Origin: Candidatus Latescibacterota bacterium | Lineage (GTDB): Bacteria; Latescibacterota; UBA2968; UBA8231 | Direction of reading: 5' to 3' | Length of the DNA: 64,000 nucleotides | NCBI GenBank assembly: GCA_965197905.1 | Contig: CBDAOB010000003.1 | Coordinates: 608,001-672,000, forward strand | In this document: piece by piece, positions 20,922 to 31,376 of the stretch | How positions within the stretch are numbered: the stretch's first letter is position 1 | Layout of the letters: every line of letters starts with the position of its first letter | Notes under the pieces: model-generated | Databases searched by the model: none | Told to the model about the DNA's origin: nothing | Seen by the model: the letters and a program-made list of their open reading frames with translations, nothing else | Program-made: the position numbers and the translations under genes

Positions 20922-21287
20922 TCAATTCAAAAGCTGGTGCACGGTATCGATCATCTGATCGATCTTGATCGGCTTTTTCAGGACGGCTTCGACGGCGCCA
21001 GGCGGGATGATGGTCGCCTCGTCGTCGACCCAGCCCGAGACCACTACGATGGGCACATCCTCACCTTGATCGCGCAGGTACACCAGCATGTCCTCACCGT
21101 CCACGAGACCAGGCATGTGCAGGTCCAGAAGAACCAGGTCCACCGCATGTTCTCGCAGAACCAGGAGCGCCTGCTGGGCATCTTCGGCAACAAAAATTTC
21201 GTAACCGACCCCCATCAACACCCGAGAGAAGAGACTGCGGATATCCTCTTCGTCGTCGACGACGAGAATCTTTTTGGCATCGCTCAT
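20922..21287 (-). CDS. Single-domain response regulator (CheY-like)
   Basis: ILVVDD, LLDLHMP, VVSG, KP. Confidence 0.9.
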   Translation of the reverse strand: MSDAKKILVVDDEEDIRSLFSRVLMGVGYEIFVAEDAQQALLVLREHAVDLVLLDLHMPGLVDGEDMLVYLRDQGEDVPIVVVSGWVDDEATIIPPGAVEAVLKKPIKIDQMIDTVHQLLN

Positions 21288-21384
21288 ATAGGTTGCTCCC
21301 ATGGACCCTGCAAAACATGCGACAAATTCGGTCGACCTGCAATACGACCCGGACTGGCTGACCGGATGGAGTGGTCCTCTGCCC

Positions 21385-21413
21385 TTGACACTCCTCGCCG
21401 GCTGACCTATCTT
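21385..21413 (+). promoter_or_regulatory. Sigma-70-type promoter of the HU/IHF gene
   Basis: TTGACA-N17-TATCTT. Confidence 0.6.
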
Positions 21414-21470
21414 ACCACCGCTTTATAAGTTGTTATTTATCAGCCACTAATGATGAGATGGAGGGCAGCT

Positions 21471-21770
21471 TTGTCGACCGTGACAAAGAGAGAGCTCGCG
21501 CGTTCGGTAGCTGAAGCTATCGGAAGCTCCCACAATATGGCGATGGGCATGGTGGACAGTCTTTTCGAAGCCTTGCGAGACACGCTGATCGAGGGAGACC
21601 GCGTCGAGATCCGGGGTTTTGGAGTGCTTGAAGTGAAGGATACCAAACCGAAACCCGGGGCGCGCAACCCCCGAACGGGCGAAACGGTGTATGTCCCCGC
21701 CCGGCGCAAGACTCACTTCAAGCCGGGAAAACAACTCAAGGAAGCCCTCCACTCTCAAAGAGTGGAATAA
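21471..21770 (+). CDS. HU/IHF-family nucleoid protein
   Basis: TKRELA, VEIRGFG, ARNPRTGE, FKPGKQLK; TTG start with SD GGAGG. Confidence 0.95.
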   Translation: MSTVTKRELARSVAEAIGSSHNMAMGMVDSLFEALRDTLIEGDRVEIRGFGVLEVKDTKPKPGARNPRTGETVYVPARRKTHFKPGKQLKEALHSQRVE

Positions 21771-21780
21771 CATCCCCTTC

Positions 21781-22590
21781 GTGTCCGATCGGCTCAGCGG
21801 CGAGCAGGCCAAATTCTTCTGGGAAGAGGGGTATCTGCACCTGGGTCGGGTCCTAGACGAGAGCCAGCTGGGGACGCTGCAGCAGCGCATCGACGCCATC
21901 ATGTTGGGCGAGGCGGATCTGGATTACGACCGGATCATGATGCAGCTGGATCCCCATGCCGCCGGCACCGATAAACTGCCTCCACAAACCCTCGGTCACA
22001 AAGGTTCGACCCTCTCCTATCGCAAGATAGAGAATCTGGAGTACGACCCGCACTTCCTGGCTTACCTGCAGCGGCCGCTCTTTGCAGCCATTTGCGCCGA
22101 GATCTACGGTGCGGAGGTTCCTGTCGTCTGTCTTCGGGCCATGTTCATGAACAAGCCTGCCCATCTCGGCTCCGACCTGCCGTGGCATCAGGACCGGTGG
22201 AACAGGTTCGATCGGGACCCCCTGGTTACCGTGTGGACGGCCCTGGACCGTTGTACGGTTCACAACGGGTGTCTGCAGATCGTACCCCGCTCCCATCGCA
22301 GCATCATAAATCCGGGGCGTGAAGGAGGGTTTATCACCCCCGAGCAGCGGGAACAGGTGCTGGCGACCTTGAAGCCGGTCTTTCTGGAGCTGGAAGCGGG
22401 CGAGGCGGTCCTTCTGCACAACTATACTCTGCACACCTCCGCGACGAACCGAACCGATGAGCCGCGTCGCGCCTTCAGCGTTTGTTATATGGACGCCGCC
22501 ACTGTGGCCTCGAACGGCGACACCTTCCCGGTGATTTTTGGGGAAGGCGCCCTCGATAGGAATCTGCTGGAGTCAGCGTCCCCGACCTAG
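21781..22590 (+). CDS. PhyH-family Fe(II)/2-oxoglutarate dioxygenase
   Basis: PWHQD, VWTALD, NGCL..VP.SH, LHTS..N....RRA. Confidence 0.9.
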   Translation: MSDRLSGEQAKFFWEEGYLHLGRVLDESQLGTLQQRIDAIMLGEADLDYDRIMMQLDPHAAGTDKLPPQTLGHKGSTLSYRKIENLEYDPHFLAYLQRPLFAAICAEIYGAEVPVVCLRAMFMNKPAHLGSDLPWHQDRWNRFDRDPLVTVWTALDRCTVHNGCLQIVPRSHRSIINPGREGGFITPEQREQVLATLKPVFLELEAGEAVLLHNYTLHTSATNRTDEPRRAFSVCYMDAATVASNGDTFPVIFGEGALDRNLLESASPT

Positions 22591-22633
22591 CGTCGCGGGC
22601 ACGCTGACCACAATTCCGTCGACCGATTCCAAG

Positions 22634-23644
22634 CTATTCGCGCAGTCGTTCGAGCATCCAGGGAATGCTGCGTTTGCCTGAGATTTCATGACCTCCGCCG
22701 TGGGCGTGGATCCCCAGGTGGGACTCAGGCTTGTCGAACAGATCGTAGACCTCGCGCAGCTGCCGCACCAAATTCCGTGCATCCTTGACCGGAAACATCT
22801 TGTCGTTCCGTCCCGTATCGAGAAACAGCGGCCGCGGGGCGATCAGAGCCGCCAGATCCACATGCTCGAAATATTTAGCCAAGTCTCGCATATGACCACA
22901 GGTGCAATGCGGTCGATCGAGAAAACTGTTCAAGTGGGTGGAGAGATAACCGCCGACACAGGCCGCTCGCAATCGGGTCTGCAACGCAGCCAGAAACAGG
23001 GTCATTTCGCCCCCTAGCGAGAGCCCCATCACTCCGATTCGCCGCTTCACGACCGTTGGTTCCTCTTCCAGCAGATCGAGGGCGCGCACCAGATCCCAAT
23101 AACGAAGCCCTATTAATGTGTGTCCCACCATGTTGAGCCCATGCACCAGAACGTTGTAGGTCACCCGATCATCCCTTAACGCCCGTTCCCCGAAACCGAT
23201 CTGCTCAGGGCAGAGAACCACGCAACCGGCCTCTGCAAAGGTGCGGCCGAAACCACGATAGATAGAATTGGGATCGATCGACTCGTCCTTGCCACCCCCG
23301 CTGTGGCCGTGCAGACAGAGCACGCCCGGGGCCCGCTGAGGACTGCGTTTCGGAGTGAGCAGATAGGCGACAGCCTGCAGACCAGGGCGCGTCCAGTATT
23401 GCAAGCGCTCCATCAGATAGCGGGGTCCTTCCTCGACCACCCGGCGTTTTAATCCGAATCCGATCCGTTCCGCAGGCAACTCACCGAGGATCTTCTTCAG
23501 CCGCACCCGCGCTCGGCGCTGCCACGAGTCGAAAGCCGTCTTGGATGCGGCGTCGTACGGAAGCTGACGAATGTTTTCAGAGACGATTTGGCGATAGAGG
23601 TCGACGATCTGTCGATCCAGGCCGGTGGATTTGCCGGCCGTCAC
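22634..23644 (-). CDS. Alpha/beta hydrolase (dienelactone hydrolase / Abhydrolase_7-like)
   Basis: LCLHGH, GFGER, GLSLGG nucleophile elbow, APRPL, GGGH. Confidence 0.88.
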   Translation of the reverse strand: MTAGKSTGLDRQIVDLYRQIVSENIRQLPYDAASKTAFDSWQRRARVRLKKILGELPAERIGFGLKRRVVEEGPRYLMERLQYWTRPGLQAVAYLLTPKRSPQRAPGVLCLHGHSGGGKDESIDPNSIYRGFGRTFAEAGCVVLCPEQIGFGERALRDDRVTYNVLVHGLNMVGHTLIGLRYWDLVRALDLLEEEPTVVKRRIGVMGLSLGGEMTLFLAALQTRLRAACVGGYLSTHLNSFLDRPHCTCGHMRDLAKYFEHVDLAALIAPRPLFLDTGRNDKMFPVKDARNLVRQLREVYDLFDKPESHLGIHAHGGGHEISGKRSIPWMLERLRE

Positions 23645-24174
23645 GAAGATATTTCTGCCAACAGAGGATCCCCGGGGGCCACCTCGCTCAAGCGCGATCG
23701 GAGCCGGCTCGTCTGATCCTGCAGCTTCTTGATGTCCTTGTTCATACCGCCTATGCGCTCGTAGAGACCTTTGATCAAGCTTACTTGCATGTGGCTGATG
23801 ATCTCGGGATCTTCCTCCAGCAATGACTGAAGCTGCCCCGCCTCGAGCTCGAACACAACGCTCGCTTCCTCCACGACCAGTCGCGTTTGTCGGGACTGAC
23901 CGGTCAGCACGCCCATCTCACCAACGATTCTCGGAGGTGCTATCTGGGCCAACTTTTCGCCGCCGTTGGATTCCAACCGCAACTTGCCTTCGACCAATAC
24001 GAGCAAGCGATCATCGACCGTGTCGGGGTTGCACAACACTTCGCCAGTTGCCAGCTCCCGTTTCGAGCTGAGGTCCAACAGACGTTTAATCTGATGAAGA
24101 TCCATGTCACGAAGGAGGGGTAAACCCATCAATCTACTGACTAACTCCTCATCGTTTGTTTTTTCGCTCGACAT
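23641..24174 (-). CDS. Stand-alone cyclic-nucleotide-binding protein with C-terminal coiled coil (no HTH)
   Basis: LVEGKL, VGEMGVLTGQSR phosphate-binding cassette. Confidence 0.8.
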   Translation of the reverse strand: MSSEKTNDEELVSRLMGLPLLRDMDLHQIKRLLDLSSKRELATGEVLCNPDTVDDRLLVLVEGKLRLESNGGEKLAQIAPPRIVGEMGVLTGQSRQTRLVVEEASVVFELEAGQLQSLLEEDPEIISHMQVSLIKGLYERIGGMNKDIKKLQDQTSRLRSRLSEVAPGDPLLAEISS

Positions 24175-24315
24175 AGTGCATTTTCCTTCCGAATGAGTAC
24201 CAATAGTACTAACTTTTCTCGCTAACTCCAACAAAAACCAGTACCTTAAGCGCTTGACCAAGCAATGCGGCAATGGATTGACCGGAGTCGTCGACTTGAT
24301 TGCAGGAGCTGACAG

Positions 24316-25689
24316 ATGAGCACCGTGCATCCGCCAAGCGAGTCGAAAGCCCCCGCCCACCTTCTTGACGACGACACCATGGCGCGGTTCATCGAGCGCG
24401 GATTAGTCTCCTTCGAACCCGAGCTACCCGGCGACTTCCACGAGCACATCCATCGACAAACCGTCGCTGCATGCGCATCGGGAAACCCGGGCAACAACAT
24501 CCTGCCCCTGGTTCCTGAGCTGCAGACGATTGTCGACGAACCCCGGGTCCGCGGCGCGCTAGCCAGCATATTGGGACCGGATTATGCAATGCACCCCCAC
24601 CGCCATTGTCACGTGAACCTGACCGGAAGTGACGGTCAGCGTTTGCACAAAGACGCATTTTCGGTGCGTTACCACCGCATCCATGAGGCGCTGGTGTTCT
24701 ACTACCCTCATAACGTCGATGCAGACATGGGGCCCACCGCGGTTGTCCCGGGGAGTCAGTACCACGGCAAGCAGCTGGATGAGGAAATGCCATCCGAGCT
24801 ATTGGTGTGTGGCAAAGCCGGCACGGTCACGGTAGCGCATTACGACCTCTGGCATCGGGGGACGCCCAATCGTGCCTCCGCCGATCGGTACATGATCAAG
24901 TTCCTGTTCACGCGGATGTCGCAGCCACATTCACCCAGCTGGAATTCCAGCAACGAGTCATGGCCTCGAGACTCCGTCTGGAAGGATCTGCATTCTACGA
25001 TTTGGGACTGGCACCGTGGACAAGCGGGCAGCGCCGAGCTCGACAACGGCGATGACCTGGTCCCCCTGCTCGAACAGCTCGAAGACGAGAACGAATCGAC
25101 TCGGCTGCGAGCAGCTTACCGGCTCGGTCGTATGGGTGAATCGGCTGTTGGGCCGCTTGGCGACAAGCTGAAGTCAGCGGATGAAGAGATTCGGCATGCG
25201 GCCGGGTACGCTCTCAGCGCCATAGGCCCGGCGGCGACCGAGGCGGTTGTATCCGCCGTGCAGAGTGCGAGCCCGGTAGACCGCACCATCGCCGTCGAGG
25301 TGCTGGGCAACATCGGAGAAGCAGCGGCGACCGCGGTTCCACTCTTGATCCGAATTCTGTCCACGGGATCCACCTCTGAAAAGGGTAGCGCGGCGGACGC
25401 ACTGGGTAAGATGAACGGCAGCGCCATGCCGGCGTTGCCGGCCCTTTCGAGCGCCTTGAGCACCGAGGAGGAAAACGTCAGGGGCCCTGTCGCCTTGGCC
25501 CTGGCGCGGCTGGCACCCGACACGGCCGAGACGATCCACACCCTGGAAAGAGCACTGGGGGACTCGAGCTGGTACGTTCGCGGAGGGGCGTTGGAAGCCC
25601 TGGAGCGGATCGGATCGGCGCATGGGCAAAGAGTGCTCACGGGACATATGCGCACCGCCCGCTGGTGTCCGGACGCCTCCAGATCGTGA
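24316..25689 (+). CDS. PhyH-like dioxygenase fused to HEAT/PBS-lyase repeats
   Basis: LHKD, MGPT.VVPGS, LWHRG..N; C-terminal repeats (RLRAAYRLG, RHAAGYAL, AADALG, VRGGALEAL). Confidence 0.85.
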   Translation: MSTVHPPSESKAPAHLLDDDTMARFIERGLVSFEPELPGDFHEHIHRQTVAACASGNPGNNILPLVPELQTIVDEPRVRGALASILGPDYAMHPHRHCHVNLTGSDGQRLHKDAFSVRYHRIHEALVFYYPHNVDADMGPTAVVPGSQYHGKQLDEEMPSELLVCGKAGTVTVAHYDLWHRGTPNRASADRYMIKFLFTRMSQPHSPSWNSSNESWPRDSVWKDLHSTIWDWHRGQAGSAELDNGDDLVPLLEQLEDENESTRLRAAYRLGRMGESAVGPLGDKLKSADEEIRHAAGYALSAIGPAATEAVVSAVQSASPVDRTIAVEVLGNIGEAAATAVPLLIRILSTGSTSEKGSAADALGKMNGSAMPALPALSSALSTEEENVRGPVALALARLAPDTAETIHTLERALGDSSWYVRGGALEALERIGSAHGQRVLTGHMRTARWCPDASRS

Positions 25690-25711
25690 GATTGAGGTAC
25701 TATCCCGTTCC

Positions 25712-26677
25712 ATGGTGAGCGATCCCTACATAGCGCCTGACCCCCCCGACCTGACCCGGATTTTGCCCCCGGCAGGTTTTCGCCAGCACCGAATCCTTCT
25801 GGGTCGGACGAGGGATATGGCCATGTCCTTCTGGGACAACGGCCGCGATGACGCCGATCTCTCGTTGCTCCTGGTGCACGGCCTGTTCGACAGCAAGGCC
25901 TCGTGGCGTCACCTATGCCCTCGACTGCATCCACGTTTCCGGGTCGTGGTCCCTGATCTACTTGGGTTCGGGGATAGCAGCAAACCGTCGCTGAAGGATC
26001 ATCCCGAAGAGTACCGGTATTCCGTTTCGATGTTTGCCCGTCACCTGCGGCTGTTGATCGAAGGTCTGGGACTTCGCCAGGTGTTGTTGGTGGGCAACTC
26101 TCTCGGAGGCGCCGTGGTGCTGGAGTCGATCCGCGCCGCGAATGCGCTATGCCCGGACCTGTGCGGCATCGTGCTTATCGCGGCGGCGGGATATCCCCAG
26201 CGATTGCCGGGGAATATTCGTCAGCTGGGCTGGGGGGCCAGCGCGCTTTTACAGAAGAGTCCCCTGTCTTTCCTTTTGGACCGCGCGGGCATCACACGAC
26301 ACTTTGTCGATCGCACCTACCGGCGCGCGTTTCACAAGACCGCGAGGATCCCGTCGGAGTCGGTGGCGGAAACCGTGCGCATTCTCAGATCCCCGAATGC
26401 GCTCTACGCCTGCCATGCGGCAGCCCGCGCGATTTCGTTCCACGACTGGGAACAGGCGACCGCCCGCTTGGAGCAAATTCAGTTGCCGACGTTGATCATC
26501 TGGGGAGAACGGGATCCGGTGGTGCCGCTAGCGAACGGAAATCGTTTTGTTCGGGACATTCCCCGGGCACAGCTTCGCCGCGTCGGCTCGTGCGGCCACA
26601 CACCACAACTAGAAGCGCCCCGGCTCGTTGGCAGGTTGATCGGAAACTGGATTGAAGATGAACTGCGGGAATGTTAG
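25712..26677 (+). CDS. Alpha/beta fold hydrolase
   Basis: LVHG, PDLLGFGDS, GNSLGG, IWGERD, GHTPQLE. Confidence 0.9.
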   Translation: MVSDPYIAPDPPDLTRILPPAGFRQHRILLGRTRDMAMSFWDNGRDDADLSLLLVHGLFDSKASWRHLCPRLHPRFRVVVPDLLGFGDSSKPSLKDHPEEYRYSVSMFARHLRLLIEGLGLRQVLLVGNSLGGAVVLESIRAANALCPDLCGIVLIAAAGYPQRLPGNIRQLGWGASALLQKSPLSFLLDRAGITRHFVDRTYRRAFHKTARIPSESVAETVRILRSPNALYACHAAARAISFHDWEQATARLEQIQLPTLIIWGERDPVVPLANGNRFVRDIPRAQLRRVGSCGHTPQLEAPRLVGRLIGNWIEDELREC

Positions 26678-26684
26678 TTGCGGA

Positions 26685-27542
26685 TCACGCGTGCACGGAA
26701 TCGTTGATCTGCTCGGCCATATCGTGGGCGGTTTTCTCGAGGCTCTGCAGTGCGGTATTCTCGGCATCCTCACTGCTCGAGCCGACGGTCGTGTGCAGTA
26801 CGACCTTGTTGTTTCCCATTAGATCGATGACCTGACAGTCGGCCTGCAGCACCTGCCCCGCTTCGAGGGTCGATCTGACCAGGGCCACCTTGTCCAATCT
26901 TCCGAGGTCCCCCAGCTTCAAGTACTCCCTCGATCTTAGAACCACAGTGAGCGCGACACCTCGGAGTTCGAGTTTCTTGGTGAGATCGGTTCGCTGCACG
27001 ACGTTGAAACCCATGACGGAAAGCTGGTCCGCGAGGGTGTCGGGCAGAAAGAGATCGTCTGGCTCCTCGATTCGTTCGGGAAGTATAGCGATGGCATCGC
27101 TGGCGGCGATAGAGCCGGTTGACGTAGTGTGGGTTTCGACCTGTGCGACTTCAGGGGTCTCCGGGGCCGACTCGGTCATCGCTTCCGTAGGCACTGGTTC
27201 GTCGGCGGTTGCGAACGCCGGCTCCTCATCGTGCGAGTAATCCGAATCCTGACTTTCCCCCTCCTCAGCTTCCAGTTCCGCTTCCAGTTCGCGCATTTCC
27301 TCGTTCAAGTCTTCGATCTCACCGCCAATCTCGATTTTTCTCTTTTCGTGAAACGAATGCATGTTGTCGATCGCTTCACGCCGCTCGTGGACGATGGTGT
27401 AGTTGTGCTGCACCTCTTTCAGGCGTCTCAAGAGACTGTCAAGATTGCGCTCCATGCGACCTATGGAAACAGTGCAGAGAACCTTGATGCCGAATACGGC
27501 GAAAACTAGCACTCCACTGAGGGGTCCGCCGATGTATTCCAT
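26685..27542 (-). CDS. Membrane-anchored coiled-coil protein with an acidic linker and a possible CsgG/TolB-N-like C-terminal domain
   Basis: N-terminal TM, heptads, acidic/Pro/Thr linker, then AIAILP...LADQL...GFNVVQR; SD GGAGG. Confidence 0.6.
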   Translation of the reverse strand: MEYIGGPLSGVLVFAVFGIKVLCTVSIGRMERNLDSLLRRLKEVQHNYTIVHERREAIDNMHSFHEKRKIEIGGEIEDLNEEMRELEAELEAEEGESQDSDYSHDEEPAFATADEPVPTEAMTESAPETPEVAQVETHTTSTGSIAASDAIAILPERIEEPDDLFLPDTLADQLSVMGFNVVQRTDLTKKLELRGVALTVVLRSREYLKLGDLGRLDKVALVRSTLEAGQVLQADCQVIDLMGNNKVVLHTTVGSSSEDAENTALQSLEKTAHDMAEQINDSVHA

Positions 27543-27730
27543 GAAACCTCCAAAATCGAACGTAACTGATCGAGTGGGGCGATACAAGCTCGGTCTAGGC
27601 GGGGAAGTCTGCGCGCGTTCTATGAGCGCTTGGCCCTCGCGCAAATCATGAACTTGTGGATAGCTCAGCCTTGCAACCTTACCTTTTTTCGCACTGAACC
27701 GCCTCGCACTGCGAAAATCTGAGGGAAGTC

Positions 27731-28927
27731 GTGCCCGCATCGAAGAAGATACTCTTGATAGGTGGCGGCATAGTCGGGTTGGCGACCGCCTTCAAGATCC
27801 TCCGCTTGTTACCTGACAGCACCGTTTGCGTTCTCGAAAAGGAGGACGGCGTAGGCAAACATCAGAGCAGCCACAACAGTGGTGTGCTGCACGCCGGTCT
27901 CTACTATACACCTGGTTCCCTCAAAGCGCGCTTGGCAGTAGACGGCATCAAGCAGATGGTGGCGTTTTGTCGCCAGTTCGACGTCGCCCACGACGTCTGC
28001 GGCAAACTGGTGGTCGCCCACGACCAGAGCGAGGTCGAACCATTGGAGCGCTTGCTACAGCAGGGTGCGAGAAACGGTCTTCACGATCTCGAGATCCTAA
28101 CACGGGAACAGATGCTGGACCTGGAACCGCACGCTGGTGGTCTGGCAGCCCTGCGCGTCCCCGAGGAGGGCATCGTCGACTACCCTAGGGTCTGTGCCGT
28201 TCTGGTTCAGCAGATCGAGCGTATGGGAGGCCGCGTCGTGACCGGCGCTCGCGTCGAGCGCTTGGTTGCCACCAACGCCGGGTGGACGGCCGAAACCCCG
28301 CTCGGCGACTTTGCCGGAAGTCATCTCGTTAGCTGCGCTGGCTTGCAGGCCGATCTCGTCAGCGAGATCGCAGGTGAGAAGCGCGAGCTTCGCATCATCC
28401 CGTTTCGCGGGGAATTCTACCAGCTCAAAGCCGACCGCGAGCATCTTGTAAGAAATCTCATCTATCCGGTGCCGCGGGTTGGTTTTCCGTTTCTCGGCGT
28501 GCACTGCACCCGGCTAATCAACGGTGGCATCGAAGTGGGACCCAACGCGGTGCTGGCAACGGCTCGGGAAGGATATCGAAAAACCGATCTGAACCTAGCG
28601 GAAGCTTTGGATGCGTTGGGTTATCCCGGACTCTGGCGGTTTATCTACCGCAACCGCAAAATGTGCGCTTTTGAGCTTTCGCTGTCATTGAGCAAGAAGA
28701 GATTCTGCACTGCCTTGAGGCGTTTGATACCGGAGCTTGAGGTGGGCGATCTGGTCCCGGGGCACCGTGGGGTCAGGGCACAGGCGATGACCCCGGGCGG
28801 TGAGCTGGTATACGATTTTACCATCATTGAGCGGCCGCGAGCGCTCCACCTTCTCAACGCACCTTCACCGGCCGCAACCGCTTCGCTTGCCATCGGCGAG
28901 GAGATCGCCCGCCGCCTTCTCGCTTGA
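27731..28927 (+). CDS. lhgO: L-2-hydroxyglutarate oxidase
   Basis: IGGGIVG, HQSSHNSGVLHAGLYY.PGSLKA, PFRGEFY, PFLGVH, GVRAQA, NAPSPAAT. Confidence 0.93.
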   Translation: MPASKKILLIGGGIVGLATAFKILRLLPDSTVCVLEKEDGVGKHQSSHNSGVLHAGLYYTPGSLKARLAVDGIKQMVAFCRQFDVAHDVCGKLVVAHDQSEVEPLERLLQQGARNGLHDLEILTREQMLDLEPHAGGLAALRVPEEGIVDYPRVCAVLVQQIERMGGRVVTGARVERLVATNAGWTAETPLGDFAGSHLVSCAGLQADLVSEIAGEKRELRIIPFRGEFYQLKADREHLVRNLIYPVPRVGFPFLGVHCTRLINGGIEVGPNAVLATAREGYRKTDLNLAEALDALGYPGLWRFIYRNRKMCAFELSLSLSKKRFCTALRRLIPELEVGDLVPGHRGVRAQAMTPGGELVYDFTIIERPRALHLLNAPSPAATASLAIGEEIARRLLA

Positions 28928-28984
28928 GACTGGCCCAAAGACCCGAAATAAACCGGAGTGTCCCAACTGATGGTGACACTCGCG

Positions 28985-31351
28985 TCAGGGCGTCTCCGAG
29001 TGGGATTCGATTTCCTCGATGGTCGTGCTCACCACGTCCACGGCGGTACCACCCGACCGCACCTCTGCCAACCGCTCTAACAACCGATGCAGTGCTTGGA
29101 CCTCTCCCTGAGATCGGTAGAGAGCGGCGAGCTGTGCCGCGATTCGGCAGAGGTCAGCGACCTGACCCTGATCCAGGAATCGCACCTCCCGCTGCATGAC
29201 CTGGTGCCACACATCCGCCGCCTCATCCACGCGACCCATTTTCTGTAATACGACGCCCAGGTTGGAATGGATTCGCAGGTTGTCGGCGTCGAGGGCTCTG
29301 GCATTCGCGTAAGCCTCCCGCGCCGCGTTTAATCGTCCGGCTGCGTAGTTGGCGTTTCCCAGGGTAAAATAGATCTGACCGTTTGCGGCGCCGGCTGCCA
29401 CCGCCGCACCCAGCAGGTGTGTCACCTTTTCGTATTCGCGGTCGGTGAACAAAAGCTCCGCAAGGCCGGTGTAGGGTCGATGGTTAGTGGGTGCCAGGTC
29501 AATGGCCGTGCTGAAGGAGGCTGCCGCCGCTTTGCGTTCTCCGGATTGAAGCAACAGGTCTGCCTGCAACAGCAGGAGATCCGCCGTGGGCCCAATGGCA
29601 ATAGCACGTTTTGCCATGCTTGTCGCTTCCTCGGTCTTGCCGCTGTTCATGAGGCTTCGTGCCGCCCAATAGAGGATCTCGCGGTCTTGTGGCCAACGAC
29701 GGATGGATGCCGTGGCAACGGCTGCCGCCTTGTCGAAATCGCCGAGGGCGTAGGTCGACCCGATAATTCCCATGACCGTGATCCGCTTTTCGGGTTGGTA
29801 TCTCAACGAGATGCGAAACGCCTCGAGGGCGCGGTCGTAACTTCCCTTCTGGTAGTACCCCTTTCCCATGTTGTGGTAGAATCCGGCCAATCGCTCTCTG
29901 GCATTCTCCCCCGAGGTTTCTAGCTCGATCACGGCGGTCTCTATTCGCCGTCGACCGATGTCGCGGAGAGCGGGTGCCGGGGCCAACGACTCGATGACAC
30001 CTTGCAGCGCCTGCAGACCCGCACTCTGCGGAAATTCAGCCAGACCGCGCCGGAGATGCTCCAGGTAACCCGATCCTGTGGTCATGCTCAAACTGACCAG
30101 GTACACGAAAGCCGGCTCACGGGGCACGAGGTCGCTTCCCCTGCCGAGGGCGGTGTTCAATTGCTCCAGACTGCTCTCGGTTTTATTGATCACCATGTGG
30201 TGACGCGCTGCCAGGTAGAGGGAGTAGGCCAGGGCGTTTCTCAACGCTACCGTCGAGGCCATTAGTATCACGAGGATGGCACACGTTTGGAGAGCCTCGC
30301 TGACGCGCCGGCCGACCCGCTTTGCAGCACCCATCGTTGCGATTTGCAGACACCAGGCGAGGACCACGCTCGTTCCAGCACTCGGAAGATAGAGATACCG
30401 CGATGCAACCTCGGTTGAGCTGGTCGAGAACAACAAAGCCGCGGCAATCGGCCAGGAAGCCCATATGCGGATCTCCGCGAATCGCCATGCGATCCCCAGT
30501 AAGAGCCCGAGGACCAATAGTCCGAAGTACGGTTCCCAACTGTAGAAGAAGTGCGCGGGCACCCAGAACCAATGCGCGGTGCTGACTAGGCGCCCCACGA
30601 GCAGGAGGAAGTAACTCGTCACTTGAGCTGCGTTCAGACCGTCTACGGCCTGGACAACCTGAGGCGCGTCATGGTAGAAAAGCAGCAGCCAGCAGACGGA
30701 GCCCGCCAGAACAACCGCCAGTGGCAGCAGTGTCCTGACGCTCTTTCGTGCGGTCTGGCGTTGCTGACAGGCGAGCAGGTAACATGCCGGCAATACCGCC
30801 GTGGCCGCGACGTGCGACAGCGTGCCGAGGAGAGCCGCACCGTAGGTCGCCGCCAACCACCAACGTGTGGTGCCCCGAAGATATTCCCGGTAGCAGAGAA
30901 GAGTCGCGAGGGATCCGATGAGGGCGAGCGGATAGGCCAGCGCCGACACCCAGTGAACGGCCCGGAAATGCCCGGCATGCAGGAGAAAGAAAATCCCCGC
31001 CACCAACGCGACGCGCAGCTGCAGTCCAGAGCGCCAGGTGGCCACAGCCAGCAACGCGCTGGCCACTATATGCAGCGCTATGTTGAGAAGGTGGAACGGA
31101 GCGCTGCCGTCTCCCCAGATCCTGAATCCGAGATAGAAGACCAGCTGGGTTGCCGGTCGCCCCGCAAGTTCCAGCTCCGGAGAGAGGATCTGCGAAAAGT
31201 CCCCCACCATCTTGGAGCTGTTTTCAAAATATCCAACGTCGTCGGTATCGACGGGCAGGTCGGCCACCCCACTCAGCGCCAGCCAGGTCATGAGGATAAC
31301 AACCGGAACGAAGAGCATCAGGGTCTTCGGAAGGATACCGTCCAACCCCAT
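28985..31351 (-). CDS. TMTC-like GT-C membrane glycosyltransferase with C-terminal TPR repeats
   Basis: DD after TM1, GRP, FHLLNIALH, EAV.W-like (RAVHW), RYLYLP, multiple TPRs. Confidence 0.8.
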   Translation of the reverse strand: MGLDGILPKTLMLFVPVVILMTWLALSGVADLPVDTDDVGYFENSSKMVGDFSQILSPELELAGRPATQLVFYLGFRIWGDGSAPFHLLNIALHIVASALLAVATWRSGLQLRVALVAGIFFLLHAGHFRAVHWVSALAYPLALIGSLATLLCYREYLRGTTRWWLAATYGAALLGTLSHVAATAVLPACYLLACQQRQTARKSVRTLLPLAVVLAGSVCWLLLFYHDAPQVVQAVDGLNAAQVTSYFLLLVGRLVSTAHWFWVPAHFFYSWEPYFGLLVLGLLLGIAWRFAEIRIWASWPIAAALLFSTSSTEVASRYLYLPSAGTSVVLAWCLQIATMGAAKRVGRRVSEALQTCAILVILMASTVALRNALAYSLYLAARHHMVINKTESSLEQLNTALGRGSDLVPREPAFVYLVSLSMTTGSGYLEHLRRGLAEFPQSAGLQALQGVIESLAPAPALRDIGRRRIETAVIELETSGENARERLAGFYHNMGKGYYQKGSYDRALEAFRISLRYQPEKRITVMGIIGSTYALGDFDKAAAVATASIRRWPQDREILYWAARSLMNSGKTEEATSMAKRAIAIGPTADLLLLQADLLLQSGERKAAAASFSTAIDLAPTNHRPYTGLAELLFTDREYEKVTHLLGAAVAAGAANGQIYFTLGNANYAAGRLNAAREAYANARALDADNLRIHSNLGVVLQKMGRVDEAADVWHQVMQREVRFLDQGQVADLCRIAAQLAALYRSQGEVQALHRLLERLAEVRSGGTAVDVVSTTIEEIESHSETP

Positions 31352-31376
31352 TTCAACGCGATTCCCCGAACCCACG

